A stretch of DNA of 36,943 nt from Calcarisporiella thermophila CBS 279.70 (Eukaryota > Fungi > Calcarisporiellomycota): the NCBI RefSeq assembly GCF_041956535.1, contig NW_027192195.1:902510-939452 (forward strand), given 5' to 3'. Position numbers and translations under genes: made by a program. Numbering within the stretch: position 1 is the first letter of the stretch; every line of letters begins with the position of its first letter. Below the pieces are notes generated by a model. The model worked only from the letters and a program-made list of their open reading frames with translations, searched no databases and was not told the origin of the DNA. Shown piece after piece: positions 9,271 through 20,737 of the stretch.

Positions 9271-12250
9271 ATGAAATATTATTTCATTGCATTGTTTTTA
9301 GTTTTGCCTAATCTTCTTTCCTCTGCGCAGGAGACTGGCTCCACCATTTCGAATTTTCCACCATGTGTCGTTGGATACAAGACCGATATATGGGCATTTG
9401 GACGTGTTTATGACCGAACGGGCATTTTTAACGCTCGTGCGCCTTTTAGCGTGAAGAACATTCCATGGACAAGAATCGGAGATTTACCTGCTATAATGGA
9501 AGGATATTGCGTACTAGGTTTAGACAGAATATATTTTTTAGGAGCGGCTGGCTCTTTTAGTGGAATTTCATCGGCAGATTATACTTGTAATTTAGGTAAA
9601 AATTATTGAATATTTAACTAATTTAGTATTTTTACTAGAATGATTTTTCACCATAGAGTATTCATCGACAACTTCCTCCTCTATTCAATCTACGACTTCG
9701 TCATTCTCTTCAGATAACTTGACGACAAGCATCTCTACATCTCAAAGCATTATCACGAGCACAATTAACTCCTTTCCAACATCACCAACGTCCAGTTCCT
9801 CTTATATTCCATCCTCCTTATCGTTTACCACCACGACCTCTTCGCTTCACCTGACAACTCCTACTCCAACCACATTAACATCTACTACAACAACGTCACT
9901 TTCGGAACCCTCTACTGCTGATAGCTTACCTGATGCTTCAGCAACAAATTCAATCGGAGAAGATAGCACAGACGAGGGTGTGATGGGAAAGAGCATACAT
10001 AGAAAAGGATTCCAAATAAAAAGAAATGTAAACGGACTGAACAAGAGGCAGAGCCAGATTCAACGTCCGGTATATTTTTATGACCTCGTCAAGAAGACTG
10101 TGTGCATACCGCCTCAACTTGGAGAAGGATTAGAAACGTTGGAGTTCGCTACACGCATTGTGGCTGCAATGATATCTAAATCCGAAATGTTTATTCTTGG
10201 TGGGCAGAACGGAGCCTTGCAAGCCTATCTTCTTAATGTAGATAAATGGTCTATTGAAAGCCTACATTCTGAGGGACCCAAGCCGGTAAATCTGCAGCCA
10301 CAGTCAGTAGCTGCTATCGTGGGATCGACTGTGTATTTATTTGGCGCTTATTCACCTGAAGATGTCTCTATAAGTGGCTCGTTCACTCTATATAGTTATG
10401 ATCTCCACTCTAAGAAGTGGAGTAAAGAGGCTAAATCAGTATTTGGCAATATATCTCAGTCACTAGTAGCGCCAGCCGCTGATAATCAAATATACGTAAT
10501 ACCAGTGCGTGGGACGGGATCAGGACCAGTGCAAGCTTTTGATCCTGCATCGAGAAACTTTCATTCTCTCGACATAAATAGCGATGGAAACGCGAGTTTC
10601 ATTCCCCAACAAAAGAACTTAATCTCGGCCCGCGCATTGCCTATGTATAACCAAATTGCTGTTTACAACTTCCTGACCAACGGTAGTGGAGAATATTTAT
10701 ATTCTCTAGATATTGATAAGAAGCAGTGGTCTCAGGTATTGGAGCCAACAGGAGACGCGCTTATTTTCCCAATCACCGCCTCGAATCAGAGCACAATCGA
10801 TTTCAAACTAATTATCGGTTCGGTTGTTGGTGGAGTGGGCGGATTAGCATTAGTAGTTGGAATCGTAGTATATCTAATCAGACGTCGGAGAAACCATAGA
10901 CAAAAGGAAATGACAATGTCTTCACACCGTAATTCTCTTCAAAGGAGCCGCCATTCCTTGAGGAGTATTGAGAAACGAACCGCTAAGGAGCAACCACTTC
11001 CCCTATCTCCCTCCTCCACAAAATTTGACTCGGGCTCAGCCTCATTCTTGTCTGACTCGCGTCTTGACCAGCGTGCGCCATATCTGACTCAGCTGTCAGC
11101 TATTCCTACCCATGACCCACGAGGTTCGCATCATCAAAACCGTCATTCGATATCGCATATATCTCCCCAAATGCCACGACATTTTTCACCACAGAACATG
11201 GAGCGAAGGAGTCTGAGTTTGAATAGACCGCGTGTGAGTATCGATTCTTATATCTCCTCTCCTGGAGGCGGCCTAGGATCTTCAATGGAACTAGGAGGAG
11301 ATAGCCCCCTCACCATGGCAGAGTTGCACGAAACGTATTTCAGCAGTCAACCCATGCTCCTTCATGAACACGAAATATTCCAATATCATCCTCACGCCGC
11401 GGGTGGCTCAATCATTTTGGATGAGTATTCTTTGATGGATGAACCAGTTATTACTGCCACAAATGGAGGACTAGTAAGACAGGCCGTACGAATGAGCGAC
11501 TCTAGCACCGTTTCTTTGGTATTTTTTGCCGACGAATACGCCTTCTGCCAAGAGGTCACCATTGCTCGCTATTTAGCTTCCCCTTACGTGATGAGGGTGA
11601 TTGAAGCCTTTGAGCTTCAAACTCCTGGTCACTTGCAACACATATCGCTGGTCTACCCTTTTCTACTTGTTGCAGAGCCAACTCGCTACCGTCTTGACCA
11701 AGTGATCCGGTCCCGTCCTAGTTTCGATGATGTGACCTATTGGCGCCTAGTAGCTAAGAATATTGCACAGTCGCTGATGCACCTACATAATCGGAAAATT
11801 GTTCATTTAAACCTGGAGCCTGCCTGCTTTTTCTCAGAAGCAGACGATATGACTACCTGGCAGCTTGCTGCATTCCACTTCGCCCACTTCTACGGCGAAA
11901 ACCTCCAAGACATCCCGTTGAGCAATTACTCTCCGCCTGAGCTTCTTCTCTTACATCCGTCTTCAGCTGCATGCTTCAAAATGGACATGTGGTCTGCAGG
12001 CTGCGTACTTTACGAGTTGTATACCCGTGTGCCATTATTTACCGATGCTGAAGATGCCCGCGCACAATTGATGGCCGACGGCGTTCAGTGGCAACCGCCA
12101 CTAAGAAATGTTCAGACTGATGAGTGGATAGTTCCTGAGAAAGACATTCGGGAGATTCTATTGGGACTCTTGCAAGTGATACCTGAGAAACGCTGGGATG
12201 CGACTTGGCTCTTAAGGATGTTAAATACCCCTCAACGAGACTTGTATTAA
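9271..12250 (+). CDS. Single-pass receptor-like pseudokinase: signal peptide, Kelch-like ectodomain with Ser/Thr insert, TM helix, degenerate protein-kinase domain, about 972 aa
   Basis: Exons 9271-9595 and 9657-12250 join in frame. Signal MKYYFIALFLVLPNLLSSA. Kelch-like strands DIWAFG, RIYFLG, EMFILGG, TVYLFG, YSYDLHSKKWS, YSLDIDKKQWS. TM LIIGSVVGGVGGLALVVGIVVYLI followed by RRRR. Kinase C-lobe motifs YSPPE, DMWSAGCVLYELYT, PEKR. Confidence 0.88.
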
Positions 12251-12727
12251 CCAGGTCTTTTTTTTTTAATACCTATTCTATCGGATATTCCATTTATTTA
12301 AACGTTAGGATGCTCTATTTCTATTAGCTATAAGCATATATCCATCACGCTTGTTTAGTGGAGCAGCATAACGCACCTAATGATTCGACCATTTTATTAT
12401 ATACCATTTTAAGATTTTGTATGTAGTCCATTTATGCTCTATTTATACGTTTGATTGTTTGGTTTATTTTGCTCTTTAACTTTATATTTCAACTCTTGAT
12501 AAAGCTTTAATTAGATTGGAACCCAAGAAGGAAACAAATAAAATGATTAAGGAATTTAATCTTCACGACAATGTGCTTCTGAGAAGCAGAAAAATGAAAG
12601 AATAAACAACACGACGGAATCAAAAAGCTAACACCTACGCACATCCGGAACAGCGGACGGGAATTAGGATAAAAAGCATGCTTCATGGATATTATAAATT
12701 ATAAATTAAGTGATTTATTTGAGATGA

Positions 12728-13726
12728 TTAATAATAGTCTTGTAATTTGCAATTTCCACCCTGATAAATATCGACTTTGGTAACATGGTGTTTACCATCG
12801 AGATTCTTGTAATTATCCTCCGATACACAGAAGAAGTCGATATGATGGGCACCAAAAGAATAAGAGGTATCGTCAACGAGTAGGCATCCCTAGTTCAGCG
12901 TAACATTAGGTTAGTAAACTGCAGAATAGCAAGGGGTTTTAGAAAGTAGAGGAGGATTTTTAAGTCCCCTTAAACAAAGGTCCGATGGCTTGCATCACTT
13001 ACATTGTGTATTTTCCTACTTCCGGGTATCCTCCATCCTTTCAATTGGGGAACGAAAATTTTCGTTCCAGGCTTTATGTCGTTTGCAGCAATGCTCACGA
13101 ACGGCCTAAGCGGTGTACTCATGCTGGTCTGTCCGTACGGGAACTTTTTGTTGTTTACCAGCTCAAAGCACTCGAAGTCGTCATCGCACTTGCAGTTTCC
13201 GTAATTAACGAGCAAACCATTGCCCAGAATCCCGGAGCCCTCCATTGCTAAGGCTTCGGCAAAGGATTTGGTAACTTTTGCAATAGATTTACCCCCGCAA
13301 GTTGCCAGTTTCACTATCTTGCCAGTTTTCTTTGTTTTCTCTTTCTGATGGACAAGCCAGTAATAGGTGCTATTTTGATATGTTGGAGATGAGTGAACAA
13401 TTAAAACTAGAGGGATTGGTTATAAGTATAGGGAAAACGAAAGATACTAACAACTTTGCCCCCCTTTGCAGTAGTTTTCCGCCTCCTCCACCCCCTCTTC
13501 CTCCCCTTTTGTCTCGCTTATCCCCCGCTTCTTGTTTCTTTCCTCCATTATTCTTTTTTTTTCCAGCTTCCTTTTTTCCTCTTGCTACCAGCTCACTTCT
13601 TACGACAAGATTCATGAACTCACTATCCCTCTCATAGACCTTTAACTCTCGTCCTTGAGCATCGCTACTTGCGAGTATAAGAGCCGATACGCTCAAGAGA
13701 AGGAAGGCTGGAGTTAGCAACCGCAT
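12728..13726 (-). CDS. Secreted 3D-domain (MltA-like double-psi barrel) protein with a basic Lys/Gly-rich linker, about 267 aa
   Basis: Exons 13726-13452, 13369-13003, 12889-12728 join in frame. Signal MRLLTPAFLLLSVSALILA. Domain motifs FTYYW, FAEALAMEGSG, PFVSIAANDIKPGTKIFVP, HNGCLLVDDTSYSFGAHHIDFF resemble the 3D-domain pattern (A.D...P.GT...; DTG...IDLF). The gene is solid; the family call is from motif recall. Confidence 0.75.
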
Positions 13727-14620
13727 AATAAATGAACTTAAGTGGTAAAATGAATGAATAAATGAGAGTGATGGAATGAAGAGAAATGAGGAAAAGGTGA
13801 ATATAAAATTAGATAAAGGTCAAGGTAAAGTCTGTTCCTGCAGACCTCTCTCTTTTCGAACACGTTTAAAAGGGGAATATGAGGGAAATAATACAGAGAA
13901 ACAAAACCGTAAAGAGGGGTAGAAGGGTGGTATAAATCGGCCTAAAGGGAAGTAAAAGAGAGAGGTCTTAGACTAGAGATGATTATATATAAGAAGGGAA
14001 AATCCGAACGAAAATCCAAAGGATAATAAATAGGAAAAAAAACGACAGTGTTCTTTTCTTTTTATTTTGAGCAGTTCTTCTTTCCCCGCAAAAGCAAAGT
14101 ATTTAATAAATCCCCACACGATGTTCATTGAACCAATATAGACCCCTCCAATCAAGCCCAAGGGTTTTCGTGATAATTGCCAATTTTGGTGAAAATGAGG
14201 TGCTTGTTCGGTAAACAACACGTGGAGAGATGGAGGTTCTAGTTCTCAAAAGAAACATGCAAAATAAGTAAATAGAGGACAAAATGCGTTTAGCAATCAA
14301 GAGGTTAGTAAATTTTTAAATTGCGAGTAAGAGGAGACGAAAGGGCCATCATCAGGTCCATGTATAATTTATTTTCGTAAATCAATGGCAATTAACGTCA
14401 TGCACCTTCCACCCCTTTCGCTTGTTAAAGAGAAAACCATACATGTGCAATTAGGATGCACAAGAAGGGCATTAGTCTTTTATATGACCTTTCGCAGCTT
14501 CAAATTATTCGTTCAATAGCTGTTCCTTTAGAACTTTATGTACAAAGTGTAGTCGCTTTATTTCGTTCTATTGATACACACAAAGTAGATGCTTGAAGAT
14601 GAACAGCTGTTCACAGCGGA

Positions 14621-15220
14621 TCATTGATCCTCAAGTAATCCATCGACGTTGTTACCATAAGCAGAGAAAAACACTAGAGGTGCTTCAGTTTTTTTGCCGC
14701 CCAGCTTTTCATAAAATCGGATCGCTTTCTAAAACGTCAAACCAGGCTGATGAGCATATATGTGGGAGTGAGAGTTAATCCAGCAAGTTACCTCATTCCA
14801 TGAATATGCCACCCATTCCAGTCCAACATATCCCATCTCCTTACACAACTGGGCAAGATTTCTCACTAGTTTTTGCCCCACCCCCAGGCTTCGGTACTCC
14901 TCTCTTACATACAAGAGTCTCATGTACAAAGTATAGCCACCACTCGTTGCTGCAAAAGAGGGATAACTAAGGGTCATACCGAGTACCTTCTCCTTTTCTC
15001 CCTTTTCCTCACAAGGTGGAAGAGTCGCAAGAAAAACGCGGGCAATGGTTGGCTGACCGTCGGGAGTGAAGAGTGAAGATGTGAAATTAGAGGCCGGGGT
15101 CTCCCTTTTATGAGGAGCCTCATTTTCATAATCCATCAGCTCGTAACAAAGATGATAAATGGTTTCGCAATCGCTAGGAGTTGCAGGACGGATAACGACT
15201 TGACGGGACATAGGAGACAT
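14621..15220 (-). CDS. GNAT acetyltransferase, diamine/spermidine N-acetyltransferase (SSAT/Ats1)-like, about 178 aa
   Basis: Exons 15220-14792 and 14728-14621. Motifs IRPATPSD, LYVREEYRSLGVGQKL (acetyl-CoA motif A), WNEKAIRFYEKLG. Confidence 0.88.
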
Positions 15221-15373
15221 AAGGTTAAGATTAAATTTACGTTATATTGTGCAAATGCTTTCCGGAACGAAATCAGTTTATCCAGTAAGTCGAAAATACA
15301 CTCTTATATAGCATTTTTCTAGTTCCAGGTCAGATTCCTGAAAATCGATTGAGAAATTGTGAGCAAAACAGTG

Positions 15374-15386
15374 GCATGACTCATGC
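15374..15386. promoter_or_regulatory. Gcn4/CpcA/AP-1-type bZIP site (GCATGACTCATGC) upstream of the GNAT gene
   Basis: Perfect ATGACTCAT core with symmetric flanks, about 155 bp upstream of the ATG at 15220. Confidence 0.45.
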
Positions 15387-16743
15387 TCTGCTTCTTCCCA
15401 CGAATGGAGAGGGAATCTGAAATGTAATTTTCAATTTACCAATTCTGGTTGTTTTGCACTGTATTGTGGTCACTATAGGGTTGTAAAATTACCTACATAT
15501 ACAAAATTACTGTATTATATCCGTGTTTTATTATTTTTATAATAAAATACCTATCCTACAAAATATATAGGGTAGGAAATCTCAGTAATAGGATTGAATT
15601 ACCTTCACGTTGAAATTGCAAATATCTACACAGGTGTAAAGAGTAAAGCGATGTTTTATGGAAGAATATTCATACAATATGTAAAACAGACTTTCAGGGT
15701 TCAAAATGGAAAAAAAAAATAACAATATACGAAATTTTGGTAATATCCTACTTTTCCTACAGCTGTGTTAGCAAAAATACAATTCACAGCGCTAGCCACA
15801 ATATTATTAGTGATGTTACTGGCAATTCACCATATCATGCAATTGCAAAAATAAACGATAACCTGATGGTATCCCATTGTTTAATTTTGCGGAACAGGGC
15901 AGAGAAAAGCTCACACGGACCAAATGGACACCCATCTTGCACAATTTCGGGTCACCTTTTTCGCGTAGCCAGACACTCCTAAGTTTTCGATTGCCGAAAA
16001 AACGAGAACAGACATCTCGATTTTTCACTCGTATTTAATATACTATTTCACTTACAGTTATAACTTAGCTAGATAAACATCCAAGTTTGTATCAGATGTA
16101 AAGTTGCATAAAGTTGCATTGCCTTCTAGAATAAATAGTTGTAAAATTTTAGATTATCGCTGTCAATTTTTAGTATAGATGTTAAGTTGACATAATCGCA
16201 GACACGTGCCAACTAATTGAATAGGAGTTACTTCGACTCCTTTGATATTTCGGTTAAACTCATTACTAATTTTATTTCCCACACCCATTCTTCGAGCCTC
16301 TCACCGTATATAAATAAGTCCTAAGTACAAAGAATAGCCTCCTTTAGATGCAACGTAGACTGGATAACAATGGCCAAGCCTGACACGAGTCCTTTATATC
16401 CGCTTGTATAGGAAGACGAGGTAATTGCTAGGCGTACCCGAGCAAAGAATGATTTACTCTCAGGAGAGAAGAAAGAATCAGTGTAATTGGACTCATTGAC
16501 AGATTACATTACAGAGTCGAGGTATTCATTGATTGTGAGCTCTAAGCATAGAGTGAAGATGATTTTATGCCGATGAGGCTTGAGAGATTGTTACTTCACC
16601 CAAACGCATTCATGCTTTATTAAAGAGAATGGAAATTCATATGAGGATATGAGCGAGAGAATATGAATTTACCATAACGTCCCAAATATATGAAGTTCTA
16701 ATGATTGATTAAGGAAAAAGTCGATAGATTGTTTTAAATCATT

Positions 16744-16903
16744 GAGGGTGTTCACGCTTCCAGCTTATTCGGATTATTTTGCTTAAAAATAAGCAAAATT
16801 CTGCATTTTAACTGGCTACTAAAAATCATTAGCCAATCACAATGCGCTATTTCGCTTATTTATGATCAAAATAATCAGAATAAGTGGAAGCGTGAACACC
16901 CCC
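16744..16903. mobile_element. MITE-like foldback element, about 160 bp, possibly PIF/Harbinger (Tourist)-related
   Basis: Left arm GAGGGTGTTCACGCTTCCAGCTTATTCGGATTATTTTG... pairs with right arm ...CAAAATAATCAGAATAAGTGGAAGCGTGAACACCCCC. Complementarity extends about 70 bp per arm. ATT flanks both sides (16741-16743 and 16904-16906), consistent with a 3-bp TSD. Confidence 0.72.
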
Positions 16904-18760
16904 ATTATGTTTCATTTTTCACATTAGTGGCACGAAGCACTGTGTATATTTAACACTGCTATTTCTTGATTTCTATAAAAGATTCCATTTTGTACAAAAC
17001 ATTAGTCAAACACTTAGTAATCAGCTTTTAAAAAACGCGCAAGAACTCCCATTTTTCCTCAAACGAGTGAAAAGAGATCTAGCCTATAGTTTGGGGTGGC
17101 ATTTGTGCGTGTAATTCGCAATGAAAACGATATCTTTTATTGTTTACAAACACCTCGCATGAAATAGTATATGCAAAAGTGAATTGGAACCTTCTTTCTT
17201 ATGAGTATATGGCGTTGGCTCGCGAGCTGCATTGAACTATCTGATTTAATTAACTCCCCCCTTGAGTAAATTCGCATTTGTCACTGCCAGTAACCCATTA
17301 TAATAAAAATAAAATCAACTATCCCTGGCTAAAGTTGATTTTGAAAAAAAAATAAATAAATTAAAACACAGATCCTGTACAAATATATATCCTTGTTTTC
17401 AACCATTTGTAAGACGAAGAAGGCTTAATATTATGTGAAAAGAGAGCGCATTGATATTACTTCAATAGAGTAGGAATTTTATGAAAGAAATCATTTGCTA
17501 GAGCCCAGGCGAAAGGAGAAAATAGAAGTAATTGTGTATAAAATTGGGATGGAAATCCAATACGGAAATGGGGAAAGGAGGAAAATAAAGATCCACGCGG
17601 GCATTTGCATTAGATTAGTCAATGGTGATTCTAAATATGTGTTTATTTAGATCTTCCAATCCCCCAGATGACAAATTGCAATTACCATTTAAGTTGTTGA
17701 TATACTGAATAGCAATACGCAGGATCTTCACTGGAAAAATTAATTTTCAAGTTTATCCCATGCGTAATATGAATGCATCTGCTTAGGGACTTGGTTTTGG
17801 TTGTAGTCAGTAAAATAAAAAAAAAAGGAATGATTGAAACATGATTTGAAAGGAATATATCAAGTCAGTTTGCTCGCGAAGAATCAAATCGTGTTGAACT
17901 AATGTAAATCCAGAAAACATTGTGTTTTTTAATGAGTCTATTTTTCCTAAACCTCACTTCTTTCGCAAGAGATTCAAACTTTCTGCTTCTTTCATATTGT
18001 CAGTTGAAGTCGGCATCCTACCAATCGAGTATTACTAGTAGATTAGCCATAAAAAAATCGAATGATGTGGAGAGCAACCACTCGACCTTTATTAATGAAA
18101 CAAAATTGGCATTGCTCTATCAGTAAAGCAAATAAATACTGAAATCTGTTAAAAGTCATTGTACAGCGAGGAGCTCAAACAAAGTAAGGCACATCCAATT
18201 TGCCCCCTCAACCCAATCTGGTAGAAGCTGTATAAAACAATTACTGAAATCATCACTATTTGCAATATTATTAAAGCAACATATCCTCGATAGTGTATCT
18301 ACTGAAATTTGCATCCTAATCCCTTCTACTAGGATCCCATATCGTCGCTATGCGAGTGTAATTGCCTGCGACATTGGCCTACGCTGGATATCTCGCGGGT
18401 CCTTTCCCGCTCTAACATGGAACACTCATGTCGGAGCGGCTTTACGTTTAATAGATGTTTAAAATCTAATATCAATGGATGCGATGCCTAATGATGAGCT
18501 AATTTTAATAATAAGATCGAGTTGGGAGGGATCGTGAGAGCGACTTTCTTTAAAAATTCAATATGCTTACTTTCCAACGAGATCAGGGGAAAGGCTAATT
18601 TAAACACCCAGTAAGAAGGACAGATAAAAAAATTAAAAAACCAAAAGACTGTACAAAGCGTAAGGAAAAAAAATATACAATAATTAAAAATAAACAACAA
18701 AGGAAGGACGGAGCAACATTCGAGTAGAAAGCTTGCAAAATGGAACAAAGGCTTTTTCAA

Positions 18761-20166
18761 TCAAACGTTGACGGTGGAGTGTACACTTTTTGATCTGGCG
18801 CCTAAGAAAAAAATCTCAACAAATAGGACTAGCACAAGGACAATCACCAAAGGGGAGAGTGTACGTCGCGATGCTTGATGCTGTTGTTGCTTCCCTGACT
18901 CTTCAGTGATTATCCTCTAAAAGAAAAAAAATATATTGAAGCACCGAATGAGTGAGTACAGATTGCCACTAAAGTGTGAAAACCCAAGCTTACCTTTTCT
19001 TCCACTTCAGCTCTCAATTTCTCTACTCGCTCCATGGCTTGGATTAGCCGAATGTCTATTTGTTCTTCTTTCTGAATCTGATCAGTTAATCTCCGTTTCA
19101 AAGACTTTAATTCTCCACTTGATTTTGCTATTTCCTCTCTCATTCCACGCATTTCTCTTAATAACCCTTGCCACCGTACCTCCTCATCCATATGCCTCTC
19201 AGTCGCTCTTCTCAGATTTTCCCTTACCACCCGTTGAGTATGGGCATCTTCCTCGTGGAGTTTAGATAGAGATTTTTGAGCATTTGTAAGCGCTGCAGCC
19301 AGAGCACTATAGAGAGGATGAGAGGGCGAAGAAGAACGGTAAGGTAGGATGGAGGATTTTTGCGGGGTAGAAGAGATAGGAATCGAGGCGGGACTCTGGT
19401 GTGATTTCCGCCGCCAGGGCGAGTCCAGGGTAGGCTCTGAGAATGGAATAGGAACAGGAGGGAAGTCTTCACTTCCATCACTCTGGCCAGAATCCCTCCT
19501 ATTAGATATTTTTAGCGTGGCTTTACTTTGAGGGGGGCTTTGTACTCTATCGGGCTGGTCAAAGACATCTGAAAAAAGATTACAATAGTTAGCAAATAAA
19601 TATGAATAATATCACTGTCTTTACGCACTAGTTGTTTTCCAATTTTGTTTCTCTATAAACAAGCTCGACCTGCTTGAATCTCCGGAATGAATGGAATTTG
19701 AAAAAGAATTATTTGCACCCAAATTATCAAGAGGCCGGTTATCTGGTATTTGGGAATCTCTTGCTGAGAATTCAGCCGACACTTTTGGAGAGTTAGGGGA
19801 TAGGCTGGCGAGTCTTTGCAGGCGACGATAGGGAGATGGAGAGGGCATCAGATGATTATTTAGCTGAAATTGAGGAGACTTTAGTGGTGTAGTTGAGAGC
19901 TAGTATGACAGATCAGCATCAGGATGGGCTCATAATATTATTCAAAATTTTTCAGTAGTGGGGCGTGTTACCTTCGAGACAAAGTCGCGCGTAATGTCCA
20001 TTTCATCCTTAGAGTTCCCATTCATGACGCGACTTGAGCTGGGGTCTATTAATGGATCTTCCACATTCTTCTTTTCTGTACGCCCGGAAGGGGGTATATC
20101 GGTGGAGAGGAAAATACTGGATAAGGATATTGGGTTTGCGTCGGAATCAAAGTAGCCAACGCGCAT
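18761..20166 (-). CDS. Hypothetical tail-anchored coiled-coil protein, about 398 aa (start uncertain)
   Basis: Exons 20166-19972, 19899-19629, 19568-18994, 18916-18761 join in frame with GT-AG junctions. Ser/Pro-rich N-half, a heptad region (LAAALTNAQ...LRAEVEEKR), C-terminal TM LSPLVIVLVLVLFVEIFFLG and a 12-aa tail. Confidence 0.75.
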
Positions 20167-20737
20167 AGATCTTAGAGAATTGATTGTGTGTATTTAGACA
20201 ATGCAAGAGCACTGAGGAATCATTAAAATCTAGGTTGCTGCGGAATTGAACTCAACCCTATGACTGGTGTGATTTGAACCATTTCTCAAACCATTAAAAA
20301 GGGACGCAAGTCTTGTAAATCCATATAAGAGGCTCTAGGGATCAAAGGAGTTTTCTCTCGATATTTGGTCACTCTACCTAAAGCATTTATCGTTGGAAGC
20401 CCTAGCACACCCCACGTTATTCAAGCTTTAATACACCATCAAGAGGTGACAAATCATGTGGCCAGAGTAGACGTGTTTTATATAGAAACCTCAAAAATGA
20501 ACATTATTCCGAGCTATTTAGGATGGCTTCCAGATGAACACGTATATATAATAACTTTTCGCATGCACACACACGTTCATATACGTGGATACAGTACAGG
20601 TATGGACGGGTTATTACATATCAAATCATTATAATAGATATAGCAATGGACAGGGATTGAAATAAATGTATAAACAAACTGAAGGATACCTTACAAGTGC
20701 GCCGACGAATGGCTAATTCTTGCAGAAACCATGTAAA

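Noticed and set aside
15549-15576. Short inverted repeat cctatccta...tagggtagg
   Set aside because: Only a 9-bp imperfect stem in AT-rich DNA, with no TSD or other support.
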